A stretch of 63,076 bases of DNA from Ancylonema sp. (lineage: Eukaryota): the NCBI GenBank assembly GCA_050230475.1, contig JBFLGF010000078.1, forward strand, positions 1-63,076, read 5' to 3'. Every line of letters starts with the position of its first letter. The stretch's first letter is position 1. This document shows, piece by piece, positions 1 to 12,031 of this stretch. Position numbers and translations under genes: made by a program. The notes beneath the pieces were generated by a model, which saw nothing but the letters and a program-made list of their open reading frames with translations, had not been told where the DNA came from and did no database searches.

Positions 1-231
1 TGTTAACGATTCCTTCGTTATAATCGTGTGGCTCTTTGCTATAAGCACATTTATCGATTAAGCACACTTGCTAGTTCACACGCTATAATCAGGATATAGA
101 CGCACAATCGTTTAAAGGATGACAATGTATTACACTATCATTAGTGCTCATTCACCATTCCCTCTTTGCACTAATGTGTATGTATTGCCTGCACTAAAAC
201 AATGGCGCTTATATTCTATCGCGCCCTTATA

Positions 232-586
232 GGTAGTCTGGTCGTTGGAACAGGGCATCGGGTTGGCCATTGCTGGACCCCTTGCGGTAGATGATGGTGT
301 AGTCGTAGGCAGCTAAAGTGGTTGTCCACTTGGCATGGCGACGAGAGGTCGTCCTGACTGTGCTAAAGTACTCCAATTTTTAATGATTTGTGAAGACACA
401 AACAAGGTGAGCAGCTCCCTCCTCGTACACCCTCCATTGTTTGAATGCTTCCACAACAACTAAAAGCTCTATATCGTAGATGGGATAGTTTAGCTCAGCA
501 GGTGTAAACCTCCAAGAGTAGAAACAGATGGGGCGTAGCAGGGGAGGGCTGCGAAAGGATACAACCCAGTGCAAAGTCGGATGCAT
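232..586 (-). mobile_element. Ty3/gypsy RNase H relic (degenerate)
   Basis: Translation FYSWRFTPAELNYPIYDIELLVVVEAFKQWRVY...VFTNH* continues past the stop as KLEYF...RRHAKW...YDYTIIYRKGSSNGQPDAL, matching the gypsy RNase H C-terminal motif set. Confidence 0.85.
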
Positions 587-1003
587 CTGCTTCTAATGGA
601 ATATTCATTGCTCTTAATGAATATTGTCTCAATGCAATGCGTCACTCAGTATAGCATTGTCATTAGGCGAATTAGTCACGAAGAATGATTGATTAATTGA
701 GTAGGATTACAGAGTTAAAGTGACAGCTAGAGTGACTCGAACAGGGAATGACAGGCCTGGTAATATATTATTGACCAATGAGGAGACAGCTTCAGGCGAA
801 CGGGGTTAAGCACTCTACATCGATATCGGGTGACCGGCGCGCCTGGACCTGACACTATTATGTCGACCATTGAGAAGACAGTATCGACATGAGGCCACCG
901 ATAGGTCTGGACCTCACATTGGTCCTAACATATTCTGACCTATCCCGGCGGGCGGATGTGGCACACTTAGCATTACGTACTCAACACTTCCACTGTAAGG
1001 GAC

Positions 1004-1058
1004 ATATTATATATATATAAACATACATATGCGTGTGTGTGTGTGTGTGTGTCTGTAT

Positions 1059-1127
<69 letters not shown>
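1004..1127. repeat. Compound (TA)n/(TG)n microsatellite
   Basis: Directly visible dinucleotide runs. Confidence 0.95.
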
Positions 1128-1130
<3 letters not shown>

Positions 1131-1505
1131 TCGAAATATATATCGAGTATAGTGCGGATGTCGACTAGATCATAGAACTCGTGTAAGCGGACACGAGAAA
1201 GGTCAAGTTTCGTTCCGCACGTTTTGCACGTGTGTGGCGCATTTAAATGATGATGTTTGTTATAACGATAGGATGGCACATTAGAGTGCGACACGATGGT
1301 AAATGGCACGACAGGTGTTATAATGTCAAAAACAGTGTATACGAAAGTCCGATGTACCGCAACTCCCTCTGGCTTAAATATGGAATATAGTTTGGCAGTT
1401 TATACCATTTGTGGAGTTAGCATGTCAACCTCCGCACTATTAATGCATACACACATACACGGTACCCTAAAAAGTAATGTTAATCACACAAGCCACCAAA
1501 TTGTT

Positions 1506-1699
1506 TAAAACTATAAAACGATAAAGCGATAAAACGATAAAACGATAAAACGATAAAACGATAAAACGATAAAACGATAAAACGATAAAATGATAAAACG
1601 ATAAAACGATAAAACGATAAAATTATAGAATGATAAAACGATAAAATGATAAAACGATAAAACGATATAATGATAAAACGATAAAATGATAAAAACGAT
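1506..1699. repeat. 8-bp tandem repeat (TAAAACGA)n, over 20 units
   Basis: Visible array with TAAAATGA variant units. Confidence 0.95.
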
Positions 1700-1895
1700 T
1701 TATTTGTTTACCCGCAACTACCCTCCGAGTTTTACTCCTAATTTGGAATCAACAATCATTCGATACCAATGAGAAATCATATGTATTTGATTAATGTGAC
1801 AATGAGCGGTGTCTCATGCTAGCTATGTTTCACATTCTCTTTCCAAGTCCGCGATTTCGGCCAACCATGACTTATGGAAGACCGCACGCCTTTGG

Positions 1896-4800
1896 TCACC
1901 CATCTTCCTCCGCTCCCCATGTGTTCACTTGTGCCACCCTGATGGCCTCGTGCAGCTCCTCGGGAAGGGTCTCCACCTGCCCCTTCTCTCTCAGGCGGGA
2001 GTAGTAGGGGAGGATGAAGGGCATCGCCATTTCCAGTATCTCCCATTGGCCCTCTTTGTACGCTTGCTGGACGACATGCAGCGCCAGTCTGGGCGACATG
2101 GTCCTGCGCACATACTCACAGCAGCGCGCGTGCAGGTCCTCCATCATCCACACCTCGCTCACTCTCGCCAGCTCCACCACCACAGCTACCATGTCCTGGT
2201 TGGGCGAGGTGGGGCCCGTCAGCCCACCCGTGTACACATAGTGCAGGAGAGCTGTGGCTGTTTCGGGGCGGGTGCGCGGGACCTTCACTATCCCACTCAG
2301 GCTGTCTCGCATGGCTGCCCGGAACAGCGCGCAGCAGTACTCGCTCCGCTGCGAGAGCAGCAGGCGGTGGCAGGGCAGGGCCGCATGCCCCTCCACCACC
2401 ACCCCCGCATCGCTGTACTCTGAGCCCAGGCCCGTGAGAGCAGCAGAGAGGTCGAGGGGGTGTGGGCGCGATCCCCACAGGGGGCCCCTCCCCCCCACCA
2501 GCTCCACCAGGGGGTGCAGGCCACACATGGCAGCCAGCCGCCTCCACTCGCCCTCCTCCGCCGCCTCCCGGTTCTCCCCCACCCCGCTGTACACGTAGGA
2601 GAGGAGGGCGCGGAACCCGCCAACGCTCACCCACCCCGCCACCTGGGCTTCCAACACTCGCCCACCTGGCACGGGCGCCTCGCTCACTTCCTTCCCGAAC
2701 GCCTTCAAGAGGCGCGGGCAGCGCAGCTTGAGCAGCAGGCGGTGGGCCGCCACACGCTCTGCCCCCCCCTGAAGGAGGAACACCACGTCCCCCTCCCCGC
2801 CCAGCAGCGCCCCCACGTCATCCCCAACAGCGCTGGGCCAACCAAACACACCGAAGGCTGTGAGGGCTTGCGAGGCCCAGCACTGGACCCCAGGAGCACA
2901 CACCGCACGGGACAGGGAGACCAACCGCTCCCGCCCCGCCCGAGAGAGGGTGGAGGGGATGGAGGCTGGGGTTTGGGACGGGCGCAGGGCCACAAAGGTC
3001 CTGAGTGCGGCCATGAGAATGGCGTCCCTCCCTTCCCAAGCCTCTGTGCGGCGGCCATAGAAGCCCTCGACAGCAGCGCTGTCCCCCCGCGGCGCACTGC
3101 GGGTGAGGATGAGACTGAGAAGCACCCCCACGGCCCCCCCTGCCACCAGCTCCTCTCGATACCGGGCGCTGCAGGCCAGAACAGCGACACCTGTCACCTG
3201 CACCAAGAGGCTATGCTCGTCGGAGGGCAAACTCGCCTTGCTGTTGCTTTCTCGGTCCACGTGCGTGGCCAGATGGCAGAGCAGGGAGGCCGCCAGCGCC
3301 TGGCCTTGCCCCACAGCCACCTCCAAGTCGCGGCGAAAGGCCCTCCTGAGCCCCCCGTTGCGCGAGGAAGCTGCGGCCTGAGCGGCCTCACAGAGGTGCA
3401 CCGCTTCCAGAGGAGAGAGGGAGGGGGGGGCGAAGGAGAGAGGGCAGGCAGCGGCAGAGGGCGTGCAGGGGGTGGGGTGGGGAGGGGAGGGGAGCGGCTG
3501 GCGATGAATGGCGCGCAGCACAGGGGCGGCCAGGAGGGCAGAGCAGAGGAGGAGGTGGGGGCAGTCCTCGCCTCTGCTGCCCTCCGCTGCCCACCGCAGG
3601 CACTGCCATCCCAAACTGCGGATCTGAGCACTGAGCCGCCCCTCCTTGCCGTCTTGCCTGAGCCCGCCCTGCAGAGCCGGGAGCAGGCCCGAGTGCAGCA
3701 GGAGGAGGTGGTGGGGCCCGGGCCAGCGGAGCAGCGCGACCAGCGCGCCCAGGGCCTCCTTGCACACAGCCTCCCCCTCCCCCCCCTTCCCCCGCGGCAG
3801 GCGCACCATGGGCAGCAGGCCCTCTGCAAGGGGCAGGAAGGAGGAGGAGGCCAGGAAGGCTCCGAACAGGCTGCCCCTCGCGAGCGCTGTGATGAGGGTG
3901 AGGGCGGGCAGTCCCGCGCTGACTCTGCGGGCGAGAGCGGTGCACAGCGCAGGCAGGTGGCGCATCACGGCATCGCTGGAAGCTCCGTCGCAAGCCGCAG
4001 CCGCCAGCACTTGCATGGACGCCCCCGCCACGGCCGCATCGTCATCTTCACACAACCGCCCAAGGAGATGGAGCCACCTGGCAGTGGACGTGACCACCAT
4101 CTTGGCCTCCACCCACTTCTCGATCAGCGCTTGCCGTGCGTGGAGGACAGGTGGCAGGCTGGCGCGCTGCAGCAGCTGCCTTTCTATCCTGGCCAGCGGA
4201 TCTGCGTCCCTCAATCCCCGCCACATGGCCGCCCCGTGCACCTTGGAAGGCTCGCAGTAAAGCGTGTCGAAGGGCTCTCCCCCCGCCCCCTTCCACCTCT
4301 GCAGCAACACGCGCAGCGCGGCCGCACAGTGGAGTGCCGTGGGGGCGTCGGAGTCGTCCAGGCGCGCTGCCAGGCAGGGGACGAGGCGCAGGGAAGCCAG
4401 GTCCGCCCAGGGAGAGGGCACTGCCCCGGCCAGAAGAGCAGCTGCACCAGCAGCTTTGTTCCTCACGGGGGGCGAGGTGGAATCGAGCAGAGCGTGAATG
4501 GGGCCCACACTCTGCTCCAGACTCATCTGACAGGTCAGCAAGTGAGCACAGGCACCAAGGTGAGAGGTCGATGCAACAACAGTGTGTCTCAGCGCTTCAA
4601 CCCACCGTCTCAAAGCTTACCGCAATCCTCTTCCGCCACCCATGGTCTTTGCTAACAGCCGGGAAGTGGGCCGCAACTGCCTCTGCAAAATTGTGAAGTG
4701 CCTTTCCAGCCTGGACTTGCATGGACAGGTCAGCACAGCTCCACCCCGAATCCCTGCGACGACCAGCAGCAACAACTTCGACACAAGTATTGGAGGAAGT

Positions 4801-5106
4801 CGAAGGCGTGCGGCCAAGACACTGAATGATCTCGGACTGATGAGTCAGCAGTTTCAGTCACTTCGGGTGGTCCACCAATTCAATTAAATGCTACTGCGGA
4901 GCTGACAAGGTTCCACGGTATTGATTCTACCTTGTGAGGCTGGCTGAATGCGTCCCCCAACCAAAACTTAGCGCTGTGCGCAACCGCTCCGCCACTTGCT
5001 CTAGTCTTCTCGCAGCCTCCACCTCGCTATCAGATGTGACGTTCGATGTTGCGACCTTCTTCTTCCCATGAGCTGCTAGCCGAATACGGCCACTAGCACT
5101 CGTCAT
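1896..5106 (-). CDS. ARM-like + tandem BTB/POZ domain protein (At1g04390-like)
   Basis: Exons 5106-4931, 4753-4621 and 4526-1896 join in frame at GT-AG sites. N-terminal motifs RLRTALSFG and GWSCADLSMQ, central RWPGPHH, and two BTB domains (DVVFLL..AHRLLLKLRCP..LLSYVYSG; YSDAGVVV..CHRLLLSQRSEY..LLHYVYTG). Extra introns within the last exon are possible. Confidence 0.8.
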
Positions 5107-7931
5107 GAGACCGGAGACCTTGATTTCAAAAGAGTAGGGGTGTTGTTTTTGAGTCGGGCCGGAGAGTAAATAGGGTCCAAAGTTCACCGCAGGAGACCGT
5201 GCAGCCGTGAGAGCGTCGCAGGGTTGACGGGTCTTGTGACTAAGTCTGTACTGCTGGCCTTGAACATGCGTCGATGTCTTTCTGCACTGGTGACGCCTGC
5301 ACAAACCTCCATGGCGTTTGCCTTCCGAATTGTGTAACTCTGCTAATCGAAGGACGGTATTATTTGTGTGGCAGTAAAAGGCTCTTACGGGAGGGGCGTG
5401 TCAGAGTCAGCACAGTGACCCAGAGCTGCATGCTCCCTCGGAGCTGCTAATGTGTGTGGCACCAGTAGTGAGCTGCTTTCGTCACGAATATACGTAGTGG
5501 CACGTCGGCCAGCTTCGAGTGTTGGCGCTTTCTGACCAAAATGGCAGAATGTGAAGCTTTGACGTTATTACTCGACGCGATACGCGCAGTGCGCGAGCCG
5601 CGGGTTCGCGATACGTCTCTGCCACCGGTTATTGAATCGTGGAAAGACGTGATTCGGGGTCGGATCCCAAAATTTTTGGGTTCTTTGGTGTGTACATGGT
5701 ATATGTTTTACGATAGGTGCTAACCGTATCGGCAAGATTTAATTCGCCACTGATTGATTCAAAACCGCTCGATTAGGGGTACGAATAAATCATATTTATT
5801 AGGGGGGCTTAAAGTGAGGGGTAATGTAGTGAGTAATCTGAGTGGTATATGCTAAGGCTCCTTTGAAACCGGTGGATGGGCGGATCGAAAGGATTTGAAT
5901 ACGGATGGGAGTGATAAGAGTAGGGAATGCGTAAAATAGTTCGAAAAAAATATGTGGAGGGTGAAATCTTGCTGACAGTTGATAAACTACTAGCATAGGG
6001 CCTAGTCTCCTGTTCGGATAGGGACAACAGTTTTATCCCAGTCCAATAATTTTCTAAGTTAAAGTGCGTTTAAATTGAATGGACTTGGCATGTGTATAAT
6101 TAGGTTGGGCACGAGCGGATTGTAACTTGACACTTGCGAGCAATATGTGTAAATAAGAAAGGTCGGACTCCACACTCGCGGATTTTGCTCATGCACGTGC
6201 GAGAGGCAAGTGCGTGTCAGAAAGGTTGTTAGAATAGAACACGTGTCTACAGAGATTCGACACGTGTTTAGAAAAAGTTCAACTACGGACTCGATTAAAA
6301 ATGGACGGGACGCAAAACAAGTTAGATAGGATTGGACTCGACACAAAAGAGTTTTATGTATTTTGTGTAGGGCATCAAACTTTTGGAGACGGGTGGAGTG
6401 GCTTTGGACTCAGTCGGAACTAGTCGGGGTGGATCATACGGAAACGGACTGATAAACGCCACGGTGGTTGCATCGGGCACATAGGCAAGGCCTAAGACTT
6501 GGATCGGTCTAGAAGACTAGGCTTCTTGACAAGGGCCAAGTCTTGTACGGACTAGATAGTCCAATGAGATGGCCAATCCTTGGTTTGCAGTGGATAACAA
6601 TACGCCCGCGTGCTACGCACTTAAGAAGAATTGCGTGTTTCCTTCGATTTTGATGCAAGTTCATGTTTGAGGGAACATAACTTTAATAGTTATAAATTGA
6701 TGATGTTTTAGCTCTTAAATAAGGGAGCGCGGTCGGCATAATACATATTTTTCATAACGGCAATAAGATTTTATAAACCTTTTTCGGGACAAAAAAACCC
6801 AAATATGACAGTGTGGCAAAACAAAATCATGACATTGTAACATTTGACACTACCAAAAAGGCAAAATCATGCTTTACCTCCAAGTAAAACCCATGGCCAT
6901 TCCATGCGACCGCCATTGTCGCTAGATTTACGTACCACAATACTACCATACCGTACCAAAGCGTCAGCATTACACAATATTACACACATTTCGCACGTAA
7001 GCGTCAGAGCAAACAATGATCTCTAATTCGTAAGATTACAAAGTGGTCTTGTAATAACGACCACGACGATTTGAAGTCGTAATTTGTGATCGTCGGTGTA
7101 AGGATCGCAACTCTAGTTGTGTCCAATTATCGACAAGGTTCATATTCAAACACACAAATACGAACCGTATCCAAAACGGATACAAGTGCTTGCGTTTCGG
7201 AATCCCAAAAATATTGGAATCCCGAAAACAAAAATGGCAAAAATAATAATTTTAAAAATACTAAAATTACGAAATGAAGGACTCCTTTCTACATGATTTT
7301 GCATCGTTCCTCATGATTTTCCTTCATGAACTTCGACTTTGTAAACATTGAAAAATAAAAGATGTTTGTTGGACACTACATTTCGTACACTACGATTTGA
7401 CATCCGTACATTTATCCATACAAAGTGTCGTTGAATTGACACATTGGGAACATACGAACGGTCGCGTGTCTCTTACGGACGACTGACGACACGTGCTCGC
7501 GTGCCGTGCACATGATCGCCGATATCCGATACGCCGTATCCGATATGGCGATACGGGGATACGACTCGATACGTCATGCTTTTCCAAGTTTGCCCAAATA
7601 CGCGTATCAGTTTTCGATACGATACAGCGCATGTCCCATTCTCGCGGGGGAGCAAAAAATTGAAAAATAATAATCAGCAATTTTATTTTTTTGCAGGAGT
7701 AAGCAAAAGGTTTTATCGTCAACAAGCAAGAATATTGCTCGTTGTTACGCTTGTTTTTGGCGTAATAGACCCATGTACACAAGTTTGGCAGGACACGTGT
7801 ATCTTGTATACGATACGCATATCAGAAGCTCGATGCAGGAAAAAACTCGCCATGCGCACTATCATATTGAAAACGTATCGGATACCATAATGCGTATCGT
7901 GCATCTATGTATATCTCTGCACAGTGCGATA

Positions 7932-8412
7932 CAATAGACACTCGTTACAGGCACAATAATTATAGGCCCAAATGGGCATCAAATTCGCGTTGTGGGCATC
8001 AAATTCGTGTGAACCAACTTTTCCCCGCCAAATCGTCTTCTTTATAGGCACTAGCACGCCACATTAACGGCACAAAGAAAAGGGCGATTTTGGGCCTGTA
8101 ACGAGTTCTGACGTCTTAATACTTGCTAACGTCGACTAGGAACGGGGGGGAAAATCGACGAATGTCATCGACATTCTTTTTTAGATAAGAGCGGTCATAA
8201 TGAATTTGAACTTACTCAAGTGCCAATCGGCCAAAAAGTCGAAATTGCATGACCAAAAAAACACACCGGTTTGACAGACGACGTTCCCGTGATCTGGGAA
8301 CGAAATGTTGGATTTCCCTCGTTACAGGCAGGGCCTCTAGCAAACGTGCCTATAACGTTACAGACTTACGTTTCCCGTGTCCCAAAGCTGTGCCCATAAC
8401 GAGTATTTACTG
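7932..8412. mobile_element. Tc1/mariner (pogo-like) MITE
   Basis: Imperfect 23-bp TIRs (CAATAGACACTCGTTACAGGCAC vs reverse complement CAGTAAATACTCGTTATGGGCAC, 18/23). TA on both sides (7930-31, 8413-14). Related copies at 44.7-45.3 kb and 48.6-49.3 kb. Confidence 0.7.
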
Positions 8413-8816
8413 TACACCAGCAGCAAGTGAGGCACACGGCGGTCATTGACAAAATACACGACCATACAGTGACGGCGTTTGAGATACAGCACCGCGTCTC
8501 GTTCCGAGTTAAATATCGGCGTGCCGACAAACGTGATGGCGTCATCCTCGCGCCTCCAAGCGCCCTTTGCGTGGTGGCACGCCCGTTTCAAATTCACGGA
8601 CAGGTCAGAAATCAAATGACGCCCACTCGAAGCTCGAAGCATGCAGGAATTGCTTCCTGCATGTCAACCGGGCTCACTTCGACACGAAGAGTCACGTCCG
8701 CAGTCGATGCGTCGCTGGGAAACCGAAGAAATGCGACAGGGCAGTCGAATACATTGAAGACACTCAAGATGGACAGGCGATAAGTATGAAGAATACCTGA
8801 GTGGCACGCGGCCATC

Positions 8817-11800
8817 ATGACGCGGATCTCTGTTGCGATATGTTTTCTCGTATTCACCGCGTTGACTCATGTCGCGGGTCAGCAATCTATCCTGGGCAGC
8901 AGTCAAATCTCTTACTTGGAACCTCCCAATGGCTGCTACATTGGAGCCTTGCCATCTGCCACTTCGCAAGGCAACCTCAGCAGCTATGTCACGACCCTCG
9001 GTTGGAGTCCGGCTGTGTACGGCACCTTCGTGAGCATGCCGTTGAACAGCGAGGATAAAGTCAGCTTGCCCAGTTTTTTGGCGAAAGTAAGAATCTAGAT
9101 ATGGAGGTCAACATGTCAACCCTTCCCATCTGCTGACAAGTGCAAACTCGATATAAACTTTATATAAGTTGTGTTCATTCTTCTCCTCGGATTCGTTAAA
9201 ATCTTCACTGCTGACCAAATAAAATGCTTCAAATCAGGCTAGGGGAGAGTCGTGAATGTTGAATTGGGCTGGAAGAGGGTAGCCGCTGTTCACGGTAAAC
9301 AAGACGTGCACGTGTCACGTCATAGAGACAACAATTAGAAGTAGGGTCGAGCATTAATATGAAACAGATCGTTGTGAAATACAGTCCAGATTCGGCACCA
9401 TTATGTGAAAAAATCGTTAAAGACTTTTTGTCTCTGGTCTCGAGTCCTTGAAACATGTTCTTCTAGTCTAGATTTCGCCCTCCGTCGGGAATCATACGTT
9501 AAATATGTTTTGAGAGTATGAAGTATATCCACAAATCGAGACATCTCGCGTGTGAGTAATATGAGGAGATGGATTTCGCTGCCAGGTGCCCCCGCAAGGA
9601 CAACAAGATAAAATAAGCTTCGGGCCTGACTTCGACATCCATGTCGTGCAAAGGACTCTGGCTGATGTTGACTGTACTTTGTCGATTTTTTCAGTTTAGT
9701 GTGTTCTGTCGATTCAATAAGTCGATAGTGACTGATTCGGTCGAGCGAGGGCGAGCGTGCTGAGTTTTATTTTGGGTACACTCTCCGTACAGATGGCCGA
9801 TCTGGGAGCGATTGCTTTTGTGACGATCGAGCCAAAATCTGGTTTGAGCAGCTATGGGACTTCGGACGTACAAGAACTGGAGAAGCTGATCGCCGGATAT
9901 GAAGTGAGAACGGAACATGTGCCCAAACCCAGTCGCACACAACGGTTTTCGTCGGGGACTCATTCCTGGTCGTAAAAAGACTGCTGGGTTAATAGGATGT
10001 AAACATTAAATTAAAATACTGTCGACAAGGTTTTATTGCTTACGTGAAATAATGATGGGAATTCATCGCTGTACCTCACCTCAATATGACAGCCATCCTA
10101 AATGTTCGATGGTCCATCAAAATATTTGGGTAGAAGTGTTTGGGCAAACGATGTTCCAGTGAGCACAACTATCAATTATCAGAAGACTGTTGAATACAAA
10201 TAGTCTCTGGATCATCCCGCGGCGCCATCTGACCCATTTTCGGGTGGAGTGGTAGGTCATCGGCCTGTGGTGCATAATCCGTTTTGGACACGAGATGAAT
10301 GGACCCTGGTATGCCTGGGGTCAGCAACCAGCTGCATATATTACCGCGTGGCGAACATTTGCCACTGTCGTTAAGGCCAGCACACGTCGCACGGCACTCC
10401 TATGGTCACCCAACCAAGCCTCGGAGTACCCCTTCGGACAGCAGCCGTGAGTTTCGCAACTGCTGGCTGAGAATGTCGAGAAGCGTTAGGGCAAGGCAAA
10501 AACACATTCATAATATGAAGTACATTGACATAGACAGATCAGTCGTGAATAATGGCCAGCTGGACATGGAAGGAGCAATAGAAACGAATTGCATCGATGT
10601 CATGCCACTACTTTCCTCTGCTGTATCTACAAAAGCTGGGCATCGCAGATGATCGAGGACACCCAGAAAGGCATCGAGAGAGACGACAATGTGAATTGTT
10701 GATTGGATGATGTTTCTGTGCGGACTGCTGGAGGCCGAGCCATGGCCCCAAGGTTTTCTTTCCAGGTACTCCCCTGCCCGTGGCAGTGCCGATTACAACG
10801 CCATGGATACAAACAAAGACGGATTGGTGAATATGCATGACGATCCTTTCACACCGTTTTGGCCTGGGGACGAGTATGTGGACTGGGTGGGGCTCTCGGT
10901 GGAATACAAAGGGCTCTTCAATCTCAAGAACACGCTACCAATTCCTCAAGAGTTCTACAACAAGGTAAGGAAATGACGGGCCATTGGCGGGTGAAGGGAC
11001 TCCTATGGTATGGAAGGCTATGAATGTTCAAAAATCTTTGCCCTTCGGTCATCGATGAGTAAAACCCGACAACATCGACCTACAATTAAAATAACGTCCT
11101 GTTGTGATGTGTGTTTTCTGGGCTGCGGGCATGGCCGGTTTGTGGGAACATCGATACCAGAGTATTCAATTGCATGATGGCCAGCAGCCTCTAGCCGCCC
11201 TAAAAGCTCATCAGTGGTAGGACCACTGATGACCAATCCTGAGATGAAATCACGATCACACACAATAGAGTCGATATATGTGTCTCGACCGCTTTCAGAT
11301 CACGGGAAACTACATCGGCCCAGAGGGCGACTGCCGAGCCGTTCCGGACTTCTATGCGATGTTCAGCGGACCCTCCAGCGTGCATCAAAAGCCAATGGCT
11401 ATCTCCGAGACCGGGTTGGGGTTCGATGTGATGAATCGAGGGGAGGGGCCGTCGGAGCTCGACGCTAAGTCGGCATGGTGGAAACAGGTGTTCAATTCTG
11501 GAGGTAAGGAATTACCTGAGTGACATCGATGAACCTTATCTGCCCACTGTTTAAGGCAGTCCTCGCACGCTCTCGAATCAGAACTCAAGTCACGAAATCG
11601 TAACAAGGTAAATGAGATCGCCATTGCTAAACCTTGCAGGCAACACTTCGGCAGCTGTCGACGTTAGCGTCTACATGCCATACATCAAAATGATCAGTTG
11701 GTTGGATCAACAAAAGACAGAAGGATCGTTCTCTGGAGACAATGTGAGTTGGTCACTGTCGAGCAGCGAATCGGTGGCCTCGGCATTCAACTCTTACATC

Positions 11801-12031
11801 GTTCAATCGAACAGCGCCAAGAAGTACTGGCTGCGTAGCGCAGAATTTTCATTGGCAACAAATGGCATCTATTTGTCGACCTCAGGCGTCGGGTCAGAGA
11901 CGCCGCCGTCGGCTCTGCCTTTCAACCAGATACCAACAGGGGGAGCCGTGGATTTGGGTAGGTGCGACTGGACGATGGTGGCCCCTGAAACGCTTCTCTT
12001 CGTCATTCTGGGGTTCATGATGTTGGTTTAG
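8817..12031 (+). CDS. Glycoside hydrolase family 26, secreted, probable GPI/C-terminal membrane anchor
   Basis: Six phase-consistent GT-AG exons: 8817-9086, 9793-9903, 10256-10446, 10766-10964, 11299-11503, 11640-12031. Signal peptide MTRISVAICFLVFTALTHVAG. GH26 motifs IRFGHEMNGPWYAWGQQP, LWSPN, FWPGDEYVDWVGLS and KPMAISETG. Hydrophobic tail LLFVILGFMMLV. Confidence 0.85.

Noticed and set aside
1506..1699. Possible CRISPR or telomeric array
   Set aside because: No spacers, and the unit is not TTTAGGG-like; it is a simple 8-bp repeat.
2460..4655. 731-aa plus-strand ORF
   Set aside because: Antisense shadow of the GC-rich BTB gene; no recognisable motifs.
5560..6599. Possible solo LTR (ends TAACA)
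   Set aside because: No matching TG start with a target-site duplication could be found.
7130..7910. GATAC/GTATC-rich segment, possible hAT-like MITE
   Set aside because: The motif clustering is visible, but I could not define TIRs or a TSD.
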